Of a DNA stretch of 64,000 bases, positions 49,678-64,000 are shown piece by piece. The stretch's first letter is position 1. The number at the start of each line of letters is the position of its first letter. Under the pieces are notes generated by a model. It was given only the letters and a program-made list of their open reading frames with translations. It searched no databases and was not told the origin of the DNA. The stretch is from Sminthopsis crassicaudata (lineage: Eukaryota), in assembly GCF_048593235.1 (NCBI RefSeq), contig NC_133617.1:526422958-526486957 (forward strand), written 5' to 3'. The position numbers were made by a program, and so were the translations under genes.

Positions 49678-50299
49678 TGTAGTGTCTGCCCAACATATAT
49701 GCATGTATGAACTAATTCTCTGGACTGTCCAACTGCCTCTTATAGTCCCTACGTTAATTATTCTTTATTCTTGCTTCCCTCTCCCCCCGTGGATAATTAG
49801 AATGATCTCTTGAATGATTATAGGTCTTATTTCAGAAATTTTGCAATATTCCAGGGCTTGATTAGCCCCAAAACAGTTACAAATAGGAGCATGTGAAAAA
49901 CTTCACCATTTATAGAGAATCCCTCTTCCATTTGGACTCTGCTCTGGATGTTAGCCACAATAGTGGTAAATGTCTTTTGAGAGCATTAATTTTTCAATAT
50001 ACATTTTTCCTATTTAAAACTGGAAGAGAGTATAAATATATTCTCCCAGGATAACATAAATTAAATCACCTGAAGAATTTGTAGGAAAAAAAGACTGAGT
50101 TCTTATTCATTTGTACTTTAAAATGCTGTAGTCATCAGCAGTGATTTATATTAATTTTATATTTGTGATGATTCTTTGGAATGTTACTCATTGGTTAATT
50201 TGCATGTTTTCATATAAACACATGTGTATTAACTAGGTTTCTTAGGCAGAGACTTCCTACACATTTATACACTAAATCGTTTTTACTTTTTTTAATCCT

Positions 50300-51430
50300 C
50301 ATCCTTTACATCTTTACAGCATTTGATAACATTGATCATCTTCTCTTCTTGGATACTCTTTCTTCTCTGGGTTTTTGTAATTCTTCTCTTTCATGGTTTT
50401 ACTTTTTACCTGTCTGGGCACTCCTCAGACATCTTTGTTGAAGCATAACTTGTATTCTATGCCTTAACTGTGGGCGTCTTCTCTTTTTACACTGCCTTTC
50501 TTTGTGATCCCCTTAATTTCCAAGGATTCAGTTATTACCTCTATGCAAATGAGAGTCCTTCTCCAGAGCTTCAGTCCTGTATCTCTAAGTGACCTATAAC
50601 CATCTTAAACCAGACATTTCTAAAATGAAATTCATTATATCTGTCCTCTTGCTTAAACTTATATTTTGTTCAAGGCACCAGTGTAATTACTGTTAGTCAC
50701 CAGATTCACAATGTTTTTAACTCTGCTTTCCCCATCTATTGGTTCCTTGATATCTACCAACCTACTTAAATCTCCACTATTATGAAATAACCTTTATTAG
50801 ATGGTACCATTACCTCAAATAATCATCTTATGTCTCTTAGTCCTTTTTCATAGACAAATTTTAAAAAACAAAATCAAACCTGTCTACATAGATTTCTTGT
50901 AGTTTTCTACTCCCAAACCATTTGCATTCTGATTTTTTGACTTCATAATTCAATTGGAACTGCTCTTTTCAAACTTTCAAATGATCTTCTAATTGCCAGA
51001 TCTCTTTTATACTATTGACTTCCTACTGGATTCTCTCTCCTCAGTGGGTTTTCATGATACTATGTAGTTCTCATTTATCTGACTACTTCCTAATCACTTT
51101 TGTTGGTTTATTATCTTTATCATAGTACCTAACTATGGATGTATTCTAAGATTTTTTCCTGGGCTTTCTTTCATCATTACCTTTTCTTGGTGATCACATT
51201 AGTTCTGTGATTTTAATTATCATTTCTATGCTGATTATTCCCAGAACTCTTTATGTAACCCTAACCTCTAATAGGAACTCCTATCCTACATGGAAAGCTA
51301 CCTATTTTGAATTTTAAGCTGGATATCCTTCCTGAAGGCAACTTCAGTATATGCAATATTGAAAAACAAAGCTCTTTATCCTCAACTTGCTTTTCTTCTC
51401 AACTTTGATACTTCTTTGGTAAACATCCTC
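50300..51430 (+). mobile_element. L2 LINE fragments
   Basis: CATTTGATAACATTGATCATCTTCTCTTCTTGGATACTC and similar pyrimidine-rich L2 RT remnants. Confidence 0.65.
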
Positions 51431-51469
51431 AATTTCTTAATCTTGCTCACCTCCTCATGATGAAAATTG

Positions 51470-52165
51470 TATATGATGCCAAATTCAAATAGAAACTGGG
51501 GCCACCAAAGCTCTTTGGGACTACATATTGACTTAGAAAGCCACATATTAACGCTATCAAGGTACTATTGCATTTTATTTATTTTGTTAAACATTTCCCA
51601 GTTACATTTTTAAAAAAAATAATAGCTTTTGATTTTCAAAATACATGCAAAGACAGTTTTTAACATTCATCCTTGCAAAACCTTGTGTTCCAATTTTTTT
51701 GTCCCTCCCTTCTCTTCACAAACCCTTTTCCTAGACAGCAAGATTCAAGCAAAAAGATAACAAAAAAAGTGAAAATGCTGTGTTATAATCCACACTCAGT
51801 CCTCACAGTCCTTGCTCTGAGTATAGATGGCTCTCTCGATCACAAGTTTATTAAGATTGGCCTGAATCATCTCATTGTTGAGAAGAGCCATATCTATCAG
51901 AATTGATCATTGCATAATTTCTGTTGTTGCCATGTACAATGATCTCCTGGTTCTGCTCATTTCAGTTCACGTAAGTCTCTCCAGGCCTCTCTGAAACCAT
52001 CCTGCTGATTGTTTCTTATAGACCAATAATATTTCATAACATTCATATACCATAACTTATTCAGCCATTCTCCTACTGATGGACATCCAGTTCATTGCCA
52101 CTACAGAAAGGACTGCTACAAACATTTTTGCATATCCCAATTACATTTTAATCTGCTTCTGGCAA
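51470..52165. mobile_element. hAT-type MITE split by an old L1 3' end (51611-52134, minus strand) with a 15-bp TSD
   Basis: TSD TCCCAGTTACATTTT (51596-51610) / TCCCAATTACATTTT (52135-52149), one mismatch. The insert has the L1 3' signature AATAGCTTTTGATTTTCAAAATACATGCAAAGA. Confidence 0.85.
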
Positions 52166-53169
52166 ACTTAGAAATGTTGCCACCAAGGCTCTTTTCTTTG
52201 TAGTGACTGCACAGTCTGTAACAGCTATTTGGCTGTTGCCTTGCAATATCTTTTTTGTTGTTGCATTATAATTGTTTAATTCTTATAATAATATGCTTTC
52301 TGTGAGTGTGCTTTGTTGAGTTGAAAAAGTTCTTGAAGGTCATGAGTTAGAATTTGTATTTTTTCTTTGCTTTGCTAGAATAGTAAATTCATGTCATCAA
52401 TAAATATTTAAATTGGATGGATTTTCTGAAATATCTGTTATAATGATCACTAGATCACTACTCAAAACATACTTTTCATGTGCACATTGATGGATATGTT
52501 GCTTGGTAAATAACTTATTTTTTGTTGCTGACAATGGTTGTGTTTTTATGTATTTGATATGATAAGTGCTCTCCTCTGTTTTCTCAGTTTTTTTAGTTTT
52601 GGGTTCAGAACTGACCTTAAAACAATATCACAAATGACACATTCCTATTCTTTCATATGACCTCTACAGTGTTCTTCCTTTAATATCCCAGAATATTGTG
52701 TGGTTGGCCTTGGATTCCTAAAAGCTGTGCTAGAGTTTATAATCTCTGATGTGTTCCAAGTTTTTCAGTATGATCTAGTCAACAGAGTTTGTTTTCTGAA
52801 AACCCAGCCTAAAGTATAGTGAAGAAGATCACCACTCAGACCTTTTATAATAATAATATAATAATAAAAGACCTTTTATAAGCGTGGCTATGGCAACGCT
52901 TGAAACAAAGAAAAATATACAGTAGTCCCCAGATCTATGTGGTACTTCAGTTTTAGTGGCAAAGAGATAGGAAAGATGACAAAATGCCATCATGCAATTT
53001 TTAAGATTGTTTATAGTTTTTAATTGATTAATTGTACTCAAAATTTAAGGTTCTTATTGAATGACTAACAAATGAATTTATTGCTGGAGGTATAGCTGAA
53101 TTATATTAATCTTGAAATTCTTACTATTAAAAATTCAAAAGGATGAAGTTGTAGTAAAATGAAAGGATG

Positions 53170-53480
53170 GGCCAAGTCAAATCAATAAACATTTATTAAG
53201 AAACCAGGCACTACTAATTACTGGCATATATATACACACAAATTGGAGATAATCTCAGAAGGAAGGCACTAGCTTTAAGGAGGATCAAGAGAGAATTTTT
53301 GTAGAAGGTGGGATTTTAACTGGGACTTTAAGGAAACCAAGCAGGCCAGGAGGTGATGAGAAAGGATATAAGGGGACAGGAAGTTAAATTTCCTGGAGTT
53401 TGGATTCAAAGTATCTTGTTTGAAAATGTAATAGGAGGTTATTGTTACTAGATTTCAGAGTAGATGGACATGGAGTAAGG
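53170..53480 (-). mobile_element. L2 3' end
   Basis: CAATAAACATTTATTAAGAAACCAGGCACT... Confidence 0.7.
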
Positions 53481-53499
53481 CAAATGAAGACTACAAAGC

Positions 53500-55085
53500 A
53501 ACTCTTTGGAAAAACATTTCATGGAATTTCTGATTATCACATATTGTAGTACTCATGATAACTATTTGCAGAATAACCCTAAAAATGATTACAGCTTAAT
53601 CATAAATGTCAGTTGCTAAAAATGAAGAGGTAGAGAAATTATATAAAGAACTTGAAAAGTTAGAGTTTTATTAAATCATCATACACCCTGATACTTCATT
53701 GGGGACATCAGTGCAAATGTGGGGAAGGTCAGGATGGGGAGAAATATATAGAGGAGCATGGTTCAGGAAGAAGGACTGAGAGAGATCAAATAGTGGTGGA
53801 TTACACAAAAATCTTTTTATCATGAACTGTTTCTTTGAGAAGAGCATCTTAGTAAGGCATAGTGAGTACCAAATAACATTAAATAAATGAAACATGTTTC
53901 GACATATACAAAAAAAAAGACTTGTTATTGATGTGGGAGTTATCCACAATTGAGCTATCCGTACAGAGTCAGACCATCAAGTTGTCACAAGTAAGCTCAA
54001 AATAAAAAAGTCAGAAGAAAGCATAATAATGAAGAAAAGATATGGCATACAATTGAAGATAACCAATTCTGAATTATTTTAAAAAGTAATTTACAATTAA
54101 ACATGAGAAATGGACAACATAAATAACGATACCAACTTTAATTAATTTTATCTATATTTTTAACCAATGTAATTGGTTAAATGAAGAATTGCTATTGCTC
54201 AGATTACAATGGATTTGATAAAACTTGTATATATCTCTATATCTATCTGGGAAATACTGGATAGAATCAGGACTGATAGGAAAGACAAATGAATAGTGAG
54301 TATGCCCAAAGTTCAATAAGGAATAATAATAATAATTAAAATATTAATGATGATGACAATGATAACAATAATGATGCTTATATAAGACCTTAAAATTTGT
54401 AAAGTACTTACAAATATTATCTCATTTTATCTTTACAACAATTCTGGGAAAGTTAGTATTACCAGATGTTAGGATAGTAACACAGATAAGGAAAACTAAC
54501 TAGCTCTGTGATCCTTCCCTGGAATCACAGAGTTTCTAAGTGTCTGAAGCCAGATTTGAACTTATTTATTCCTTACTCCAGCCCCAATGTTCTATCTACT
54601 ATACCCTTATGATCCCAAGTTTTCCATGGAAACAAAAGCCAATCATCTTAATATCAGCATTCTACCTGTGATGATTATATAGAAGAGAAACATAAAATAT
54701 CACATTCTCTGAAGAACTAAAAATTAATATTATGCAGAAAACAATGGAGAAGTCCATGGGATATATGAGTAAACTGCAACAAATGCCAATTTGAAGAAAA
54801 GTAATAAAAGTTTCCATCAAATTAATGTGTGGTAGGTAGACAAGATGAGCCCCTGATTACATGAAAAGAGGGAGTGATGACAGGTTGACAGCTAAAGTAA
54901 ATTTATAACAAGGAGGACCCTTGTGATGGCCCAAGAAAGAGAGAAATACTGTTAGCACATTAATCAAATCCATTCTATGTAAGAAACTTATAAGAGGACA
55001 TGGACAGAAATCCCATGGAGTGAGTTTCAGTATGTTGTGATATGTTTCATTGGAGAGAATTTCCAAATTAATACAATTGTAGATC
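53500..55085 (+). mobile_element. Old RTE-clade LINE remnants (endonuclease piece ~53500-54130, 3' end ~54610-55085) interrupted by a MIR (~54340-54600, minus)
   Basis: GAAGAGGTAGAGAAATTATATAAAGAA, CATTGGGGACATCAGTGCAAATGTGGG (GDFNAxVG-like), CAGAGTCAGACCATCAAGTTG (SDH-like), and an RTE-type 3' UTR. Confidence 0.7.
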
Positions 55086-57583
55086 TATTTGAGTGTCATG
55101 GTGGCAGATTCCTTGAGTTTCTGATATTCCCTGTCTTGTTTTCAAACAAGGAATTCAAAGCTTTAAATTAGGGTCTAAGTGAATTCTAAGATTTCTATTG
55201 TTCTTCATTTCAAAAAGTATACAAGAAAAGTGTTCAAGAGTGACCTTTGTTTACATTAGATCCCAACCTCATTTGAGAGAAATAATGAATTTGAAAGCTG
55301 GTCTTCTATGGCAAATAATTAACAGTAAACTGTTTTGGAATACTTTTTCATTGAAAGTGGAGGATAATTAAGAGAGTTGTCCATGGAAGTACCAGATAAA
55401 ATCAGGCTTTTAGGGATATTTGTAGGCAGTCCTAGGTAGGAGAGAGTAGAATCCATAAAGTAACAGTGTACATGATAGTCTTGAGCTTGTCACATTCATC
55501 AGGAATTTTTGACCTTTCTTTAAATTGTTCCACGTGTTTTTTAGTGCAGAGCCATATCTGTGTACTTTATGCTGTCTATAGGAAGCAAACTTTGTAAATT
55601 TCCCCTATATTTGAATAATAATAAAAATACTGTTTTTGAAACGTCTAAAGACTCTATAGACCTCAGATGTAGTTTAATTTTTAAGGATTTTTTCTTTATG
55701 ACATTTTCATGTAACCTTTTTCAAATTAATTATATGATCATATCCCTTATTTTTTTCATTCTTTTAACCTACATTTGTTGATTTATTTAGAACAGACTAT
55801 TTTATTTATTATTTATTTAGAAAGGACTATTTTTCCCCACCAATATGTTGATCTTTTCAGAGTATAATAATTTTTTGAAATTTTTAAAATATTATTTGAT
55901 CATAACATTCTCAGTAATTATAAATAACTAGATTATTGGGTTTATAATATTCAGGAAAATGCCATATTAAAATATAGCTTAGCCATGTTAGAATGGTTTC
56001 TTCTTAACTTTTATTTATATAAAGTGCTTTGGGATTTCTTAAAATGACTAACTACACAAGACATAAAGTTAAGAGCTCATCTAGAAGACCTATGTACAGC
56101 ACTATGCAAGTTAACAATTTATCTATCTTGGAAGGATGATGGACTAAGTTGTAAAATCATTTATCAGTTACAGCTTACTTAATTACATTTTTGCTTCAGA
56201 AATGTCCTTCATCTCCTGAGTCTCATAATCTTTTTCCTTTTAGGTTATTTTATAGACATATTTTCATTCAAATGCCTATTTGATCTTCAAGAGGATGTTC
56301 TATCTCCCTAAAGTTCCCTTCAGAAATTGTTTTGCTCTTCTTATTTAGATTACCTCTTATCCATGCTGGTTGGAGGAGAGACATATCACCAAGGACATTT
56401 TCAGGAGAAAGCTAGAATGAGTCAACATGTGTTAAAAACCATAGATGTCCATTTTTATGTTACAGTTCCTTGTAAAGAGCACATACCAAAGTGAACCTAG
56501 TAATTGTGACCCAAAAGCTTTATATTCTTTCTTTATGAGATATAGTACTTCACTTAATCCTGGACTTGTATATGGAATGAAGATGCGATGTAGAAAGGAG
56601 ATTTTTGTTGTTTTTGTTCTTTCTGTAGAGCAGTAGAATCCTCCTTTATTGATTATGTACTCTATCAGTAAAAATATTTTTGAGCATATACCCCAATATA
56701 TGTATGTATACTTATTAATAAATTATATGTATACGTAACATTTATGTAAATTTTAAGTTTTAAAAACCCCACCACTTTAGAAAACTGACAAAGATGAAGT
56801 AACATTTTGAAACTACCTTTAATGGCACAAAACTGTTTTGCTTTCATTAAAATAATTTTAATTATTTTTAGTGAGAAAATTTAATTCATTCTTTTTTCAA
56901 AATTTTTGATTTTTAACTGTGATATAGTAATTTGAAGATCTGATTCTTAGTTCAGTTCATCTCAATATTTGATTTTAATGGTTGTCATAGCTAATAGATA
57001 ACTTACAAAGATCCACCAAAAATATATCATTATCTGTGCTTACTAAATCATAATGTTAATTTTTTTGTCTTGTCCATCAATTATGGAAAAGTTGTTATAC
57101 AAATTTAACTAGTAAATTATTCCTGCTAACAAATTAGTTGTTTTTATAAACTAATCAGAAAGTTTTAAATTTTTATATTTTTAATAAATGCACTCAATAC
57201 CCATAGACATTCTTTGCTTGATAAATTTTAAAGCAGGTTAAAAAATTCCATTTCCATATTTTTAAATTGTGCAAATATGTGAGATTTTATTGGTGATCTA
57301 TATTATTCTCAGCAACCCAGAGAGGAAGGAATATCCAGGAAGAGAGAATGATCAATAGTGTTAAATGCTCTGGAGAAGAAAGATTGAGAAAATGCCTTCA
57401 AACTTGGCAATTAAGAAATCATTCATAATTTAAACTATAGCACTTTCAGTTAATGAACAAAGATAAAGAATAATTGAGAATCTGGTTTGGAAAAGTGAAT
57501 TTTTTTGGGGGGGGGAAGAGAATGTGAAGATATGTGATATAAATTGCAAAACAGCCATATATGTATGTTTGTGCTGTGTAGCT

Positions 57584-57952
57584 CAGTGCTCCACTAAAAA
57601 CAAAAAGTGAGGGCAGAATTTTTACCCATTGCCCTGGAATACAGAGCCTACTCCAGCACAGGTTACCTGCTTCTGCCACAGAGTGAGGTTAGATGGTAGG
57701 GGCAGGGGTAGTGTTACAGGCAAGAGATTTTCCCAGTGGTAGCTGAGGGCACTTAGATCAGAGAAGTAAAGAAATTTGCTTTTTGCACAGGCATGCTGCC
57801 ACTGGGGTGGAATAGGGTAGTGTTATCTGATAATAGGTAAACAGGTTGGAAACAAGACATACTGCTGACTATTACTTCTCACCCCATTCTCAGATTGGTT
57901 ATTCCATAGAGTCATGGCATAACTTACTTGACCCCTAAATTGGAGACCACTG
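57584..57952. mobile_element. hAT-Charlie-like non-autonomous element
   Basis: Right TIR TTGGAGACCACTG followed by CTATAGAG; degenerate left TIR CAGTGCTCCA; GC-richer interior. Confidence 0.55.
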
Positions 57953-59660
57953 CTATAGAGAATTGACTTTGCTCATATGTCAAAAGCAGAGTTTGAGTTC
58001 ATAGTTTTCTTGTTTGTATGAATCAAATGCAATTTTAATCCTTTTGTTGTTTGTCTTAGGAAAAGATGAAGGTGAAAAAAATTTTCCTTTACCAATTTTT
58101 ATTTATCATCTAAAGTAAGAAGCATACTTTATAAATTTCCCCTATATCTGAATAATAATTTTAAAAAAGAAATTAGGATGAAATTCTAAGTTTAGAAATT
58201 TATTTTCAGATACTGAAAAGGTTGCATGTCAAAGTAAGTGACAACCATTAGCATAAAAGCAGGTTTCAATGGTCATGTTTTTAATGTTAAGAGAACATAG
58301 ATAACATGACATTTCAATACTTAACTCTTTAAGTTAGGTTAGAAAAATGTTATCCTCATTTTACAGATGAGGAAAATGGGACTCCAGCAGGATAGACGAT
58401 TACCCAGGACCATATAGCTTTTGTCTGCCATCTTTCATCATATTTCTTAGGTTAATATTTAAGTCCCGTTACTAGTTGTTATCTCTCTGGTTACTTTAAT
58501 TTTCAGTAATCTCAAGTCTCAACACATATCCACTCTCATTTCCTCTTTATCCCCATAAGACAACGAAGCTTATTGTCCTTTCATTCCTTTTTATGTAGAC
58601 ATTCCCCTCTCCTGGAATGCTTATTATCCTATCCTTGGACATGAAGTCCTTGGCCTTCCAAACCTTAATAAAAAGCTTGTCTTTTGCCTTTTTTTTTTTT
58701 TAAAGCTTAATTATTAAGAAATCTAGAGTAAAGTTTTTAATACTTGAATACTTGACTCATTTCATAATTGCTCATTTAAGGAGTTGGCATCATGAATAGA
58801 GATCTGATCTTGGTGCCAGAAAGATGTCCAAATACATATGAGTTGTGTGGTCCTAGGCTTATGTGACATTTTGCTATAAAGACTGTTGGACAAGATAGTG
58901 AAATGCTTATTTCCCTTAAATGCAAATGTTATGATTTCATTTTTCAGTGCTTTCAGTAGCTCCCTAAGATTTTTAAATTTCTGAGAGAGAGGAAATTTTC
59001 TCATCTGGGAGTTCCCTGAACTACTGAAACACATGTTTGTTCCCTATCCCTTACTATTTACTACTAGACTCTCTTCTGTGCTCATAGACCTAATTTGTAT
59101 TGTATAATACATATTCAGAATGAGATAACTGTTTAGATTTGGAAGGCATCATAAATATCGTCCAGACTAATCATTTTATTGATGATAAAACTGAGACACC
59201 CCCCCCCCCCCGGAAGTTGTTCCTTTTCCCAGAGTTATGCAGTTAATGTTATTCTTGAGACTTAAAAGATCAGGTCTCTTGAATCTAAGCCCAGGGTTCT
59301 TTGATCTAACCCTCTCTGGTCCTACCCCTTTCTAACCACTGTCCTTAGGACTTCGTGTACTTTAAAAGTTCTTTGTTACTTTTTGTATAGGGAAGCTTCC
59401 TAGATGCCTTATAAGCACTTCAAAGTCAGTATGTAACTCCTTTTTATTTTGCTTATCTACAGTATAAAATATGCTTGGAAATGTTGCTGATGATTTGGCA
59501 CAGTATAAATACTAGGTTGTTGAGGGTTTTTTTAAATCTCCTTTTCAAGCTTACAAATTAATGAAATGTATAGCTGGGTAAAATAAATACAAAGTGCTAT
59601 AAAAACAAGATTATCTTTTCAACATATTAATAAGAAGTTATGTTTTCAACTTGTCTCCTT

Positions 59661-59695
<35 letters not shown>

Positions 59696-62190
59696 CACTA
59701 GTAGCTTAAGTTGAGGTGGGATGAAAAGAAGGGGAATGCTGTTTGTAGGCAAACAAATGGGATAATGTGCTCTCTGTGACTGTTGAGTATTACTACAAAG
59801 ATTTTTCCTGGTTTTTATACCTAATACAGTATTGTTCTTATAATATAGCTTTAGATACAAAAAACAAAGGAAACTATTGACTTGAGTACACTACTATCTA
59901 GTCGACGTATTCTTCTGGAATTTCCTCTCTGTCATTCATTTCATTCTAGACTTTTGTCCAAAGTGGTTGAATTGTCCTTAATCAACATGCACATGTGTGA
60001 AAAGTCTTTTTTTTTTTTTTTTTTTAAGCTGACATCTTGTTAAAGACTACTGGACAAGGTATCATTAAAATATTTGCCTTGAATGGAAACATTAATAACC
60101 TTGGCTTATAATTATTCACTGTGTGATTTAGTCTCCCCCTCTCCCATATTCTAAAATTCTTTAGAGGAGGAATCAAATTATTATTAGTTTAAGATTTAGT
60201 TTGCTTTTATTTAAGCATAAGATAAACTTTACAAAAATGCCCTTACGAGGAAAGTTTAGTTTTCCTTTGCTACTGTGATTTCTTTATCATTGCCTATCCT
60301 TTTTACTTTATTTCAAATCATTACCCTTTCATTGGCCCATAATATATATTGTCAGCAATTCACAGTATGATCTTAATATAAACTTTTTAAAAGTTAGCCT
60401 ATTTGATAGCTAATTTTTCTTAGTACAAAGGTATGGCATTAGAAAGAGGTAGCAGGGGAGAAACTTAAAGTAAAAAGGGACTTTTCTGTAATTATGAAAT
60501 TATCTTTTAAATCTGCCTTTATATAATTAGAATGAGAACAAATTACATGGCTGACTTCCATATTAAGGCTACTCCTTCAGTGTGAGTTAGGCTTTTTATA
60601 TTTACAGTTAATCTTCCTATTTTCTGCACTTAAATTTCAAGAAAACTATATTAAGGTGGGTTATTCAGCCTTCTGCTTAATTCAGAAGAAGTTCACTATT
60701 ATCAGAAGAAAGCCAAAAGATTGGGATTACAGTTAAACAAGTTCAGACATAGTATTTCTTAATTATTGAGTAGCAGTAGTTCATTGTAAGATTGTATGTT
60801 TCTGGACAAATTTACTCAACCTTTACAATAAATGTCAAATTTCTGAGAGGATCAGTTCTAATTTGAAAGGACATTTTTCTAATGCACTTAAGCAGTAAAA
60901 GCAAAAAACTACCTTCCTAGGGTGGTTACTATTTTCTAGTGCTGTATGTAATGTTTTCTTTTTTGTTAGACTTGGATTCTTATTGTAATGCCTTTGCTCT
61001 TTGCCCTGTGGTGTTGCTTTGTTGGTTTGTTCATCTACCTTGTGGACCTTGGTGACCCTCATGTTTTAGCCCTTTGGTTTTTTACTAGACTGAACCAAAT
61101 AAAAGCACTTGGTTTTCACAAAAGAAATGAACAAAATCAAGAAGGGAGAGTTGTTGAATAAGGAATATTGCCACTGGAAAAAGTCAAGTAAACAAGTGTA
61201 ATAAACCCAGCATATACACACACCCTTTGGTTAAACCAGGGCATTACTCTGAATTTGTTACTGGCTATTCATTAGCGTCAATGAACTATATTGGAAATAT
61301 TCCTTGAAAATTGAAAGTGCCTGGGCCATTTTAACCTAAATTTGAAATGCTGGGCTATGTGTATGAAGATTTCCCTCTGCATTTATACTGTTAACAATCT
61401 TCTTTTTAAATGTGCTCTGTTTGCAAAATATATTTCAGACTAACATTTGCTATGTGAAACTCTAAAAACAGACCAAACAATTGTTTTCTTATATTCTTTA
61501 AAAATCAGTATTAGAGACGGATCTTAATTGGACAAAATTAATAAAGCTTAGAAGAGTAGCAAAAGAACAGAAATTAAATTGGAAAGTTTTACTTATTATT
61601 AAAACAGCACGATATATGCCATAGATATAGCTTTATTTAGGGAAGTGGAACTTTAAAACAAAAATGGGTTTAATAAATTCCTCTTGAGATTTCCCATGTT
61701 AATTTGGGGTTATATCTACAACAAAAAATAAAGATGTTGAAGCACTTATGTAAGAAATAACATGTAGCTTCTAGAAAAGTGATCAACATAAGCCCAGTTT
61801 TAAAGTTGTACAATACTGAAAGACAGTAAAGTTCAAAAGTTGACTAAGAATTTGAACTTTAAAAATTATTAATATCTGATTATTTTTACTTTGTAAAAAT
61901 TAATCTATAGATGGAATAACAAAGATATTCACCATTATTATTTATTATGTGGAATAAACAAATACAAACAAACCTTTGATAAATCTGTATATTCCAAATC
62001 TTTTCATTTTTTCCAGCTTTCTTTTGTGTATTTTACTTAGAGAATCTCCCTGTTATGCCTTAGTTTAATGACCTGTTATAATTACTAGATTAGATTACAT
62101 CATGTAACTCATTCCTAAAACATTATCATTTTATCTGTTATCTTTTCTTAAAGCTACAAAATAAAACAAAATGCAATTGTTATAATAATA

Positions 62191-62199
62191 TGTGTGTGT

Positions 62200-62259
<60 letters not shown>
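62191..62259. repeat. (TG)n microsatellite with one TA interruption
   Basis: Directly visible. Confidence 0.99.
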
Positions 62260-62260
<1 letters not shown>

Positions 62261-63373
62261 AAAAACGTCAGAGCTAAATTTGAAATTTCTATTTGGGGGA
62301 TATTTTATGTCCCATTTTATGTATTTTTAAGAAAAGGGATGTTTTATTCTCAAATGGAGGGAATAAATAGATACCAATTGATACATTGGGCATTTTTTGA
62401 CACGGGATTTTAGTTAAATTAAACTTAATAGTTAAGTTGTTAGAAGGCTAATGAATCATAATATTTAATTTATAAAAATTTCATATATATGTATATATAA
62501 AAGAGAAACTAATAATAAAAGATTATATAGAAGGTAGAAAAAATAAAATGAACTACTAAAGCATTTAAAGCTTATCTGAATAAAGTCTGTTTACATTTTA
62601 AGTATTAAAATATTTCTAAATAATGCAAGTTTTTTACAACACTTATTTAAAAATTTAATAAAAGTGATCTATTAAGTGAAAAAAGATATAAAATATGAAG
62701 TGACAGATATTGAGATAGAGAGAAAAATTATATCCTTTCAAAAATAGTTGGTGTTTTATTCTTTACAGTATGCAAATCATCACTTTGCCTGTTTACTTTC
62801 TTTGTTTGGATGGGGGAAATAGGGGAAGGGTCCTAATGGGCAGTAAGTACTAAAAATTTCATTCTTCCAAAGATGTAGCATATTTTAAGAAAGAGAATAT
62901 AAAGAAATAACTATATGTAAATCTTTAAAGAGTTAAAGGTAACAGGTGAATTTTCATGCTTTAGGTATTAGTGATTTGTGCTTCATATATATTATTTCTG
63001 AAATGTGATTATTCACATTTGGAGCATTCACCAATTTATATAAAAACTCATTCAAATATCGACTATATATGTACAATGCCACATGGATAGAAGTAAGAAA
63101 AACATGATCTAAATGTTTTGGTAGTATATCAGACATCCAGATAATTATGGAAGCATCCAGATAAAGACTGAAATTTTTTACTTTTCATCTGGGAATTTGG
63201 TATTGTGTAGGTGCAACTAATGAGTCATGGGACAATGTGTTAAAAATAGAAAGCCATTTCTGACTTAAAGCTCTTGATTCTTCTATGCTAGTGCTAGTAA
63301 AATTAATGTATTCTTAGTTCCAAGTAGTAATTTTTATAATACCATAGCAAAAGCACTGTTAGAAATGAGAAGT

Positions 63374-63665
63374 NNNNNNNNNNNNNNNNNNNNNNNNNNN
63401 NNNNNNNNNNNNNNNNNNNNNNNNNNNNNNNNNNNNNNNNNNNNNNNNNNNNNNNNNNNNNNNNNNNNNNNNNNNNNNNNNNNNNNNNNNNNNNNNNNNN
63501 NNNNNNNNNNNNNNNNNNNNNNNNNNNNNNNNNNNNNNNNNNNNNNNNNNNNNNNNNNNNNNNNNNNNNNNNNNNNNNNNNNNNNNNNNNNNNNNNNNNN
63601 NNNNNNNNNNNNNNNNNNNNNNNNNNNNNNNNNNNNNNNNNNNNNNNNNNNNNNNNNNNNNNNNN
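63374..63665. other. Assembly gap (292 N)
   Basis: Run of n. Confidence 1.
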
Positions 63666-64000
63666 TTTCTATAGGATTGCTTTCCTGGGTGCTCTGTGAG
63701 ATACTAAAGTGCCCTGCTGCTCATTCTGGAGATTTACTGATTTTCTCTGCCGTGCTCCACTCCCTCTCTTCCCTCCTAAAACCAACAAACAAAAAAAAAT
63801 TTCATAACATCCAAATTGACTATTGCAAATAAAATGTTAAACCCTAATGTAAGATGAATAAGATGCTGACTACTTAATGAAGATGGCTAATATCAATAGA
63901 GCTGTCCACTAAGCCAGTTGGTCCATCAGCCTAGGATCATATGTATAGTTACAGTTCCAGAAACACAAATCTACTATTTTTTTAGGTTCTAAAAATTGGT

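Noticed and set aside
58060-58071. 12-nt microexon candidate after a good acceptor (TTGTCTTAG|GAAAAGATGAAG|GTGAAA)
   Set aside because: The donor is weak and there is no other support.
1-64000. CRISPR arrays, rRNA, tRNA, snoRNA/miRNA genes, prokaryote-type systems
   Set aside because: None supported. The sequence is mammalian, and tRNA-like heads belong to SINEs.

Overview
AT-rich, CpG-poor, repeat-dense marsupial DNA, intronic or intergenic. The repeat set (MAR1-type SINEs, RTE LINEs, marsupial L1 3' ends, an OC1-type hAT transposon) points to a dasyurid such as the Tasmanian devil; the species is inferred, not shown. I could not identify a host protein-coding gene, and most ORF-track entries are repeat remnants or noise. 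The main feature is a nearly full-length, decayed OposCharlie1 (OC1)-like hAT/Charlie transposon at about 13074-16203 on the minus strand. Its 5' end carries housekeeping-promoter motifs (ETS-CRE, ZNF143/THAP11) and what looks like a spliced leader upstream of the transposase ATG. The rest is layered L2, MIR, CR1, RTE, L1, MITEs and solo LTRs, several repeat-free blocks (candidate conserved elements or exons), microsatellites and two assembly gaps. Repeat family names come from pattern recognition and boundaries are approximate unless exact target-site duplications (TSDs) are quoted. I found no convincing novel system; findings are hypotheses.
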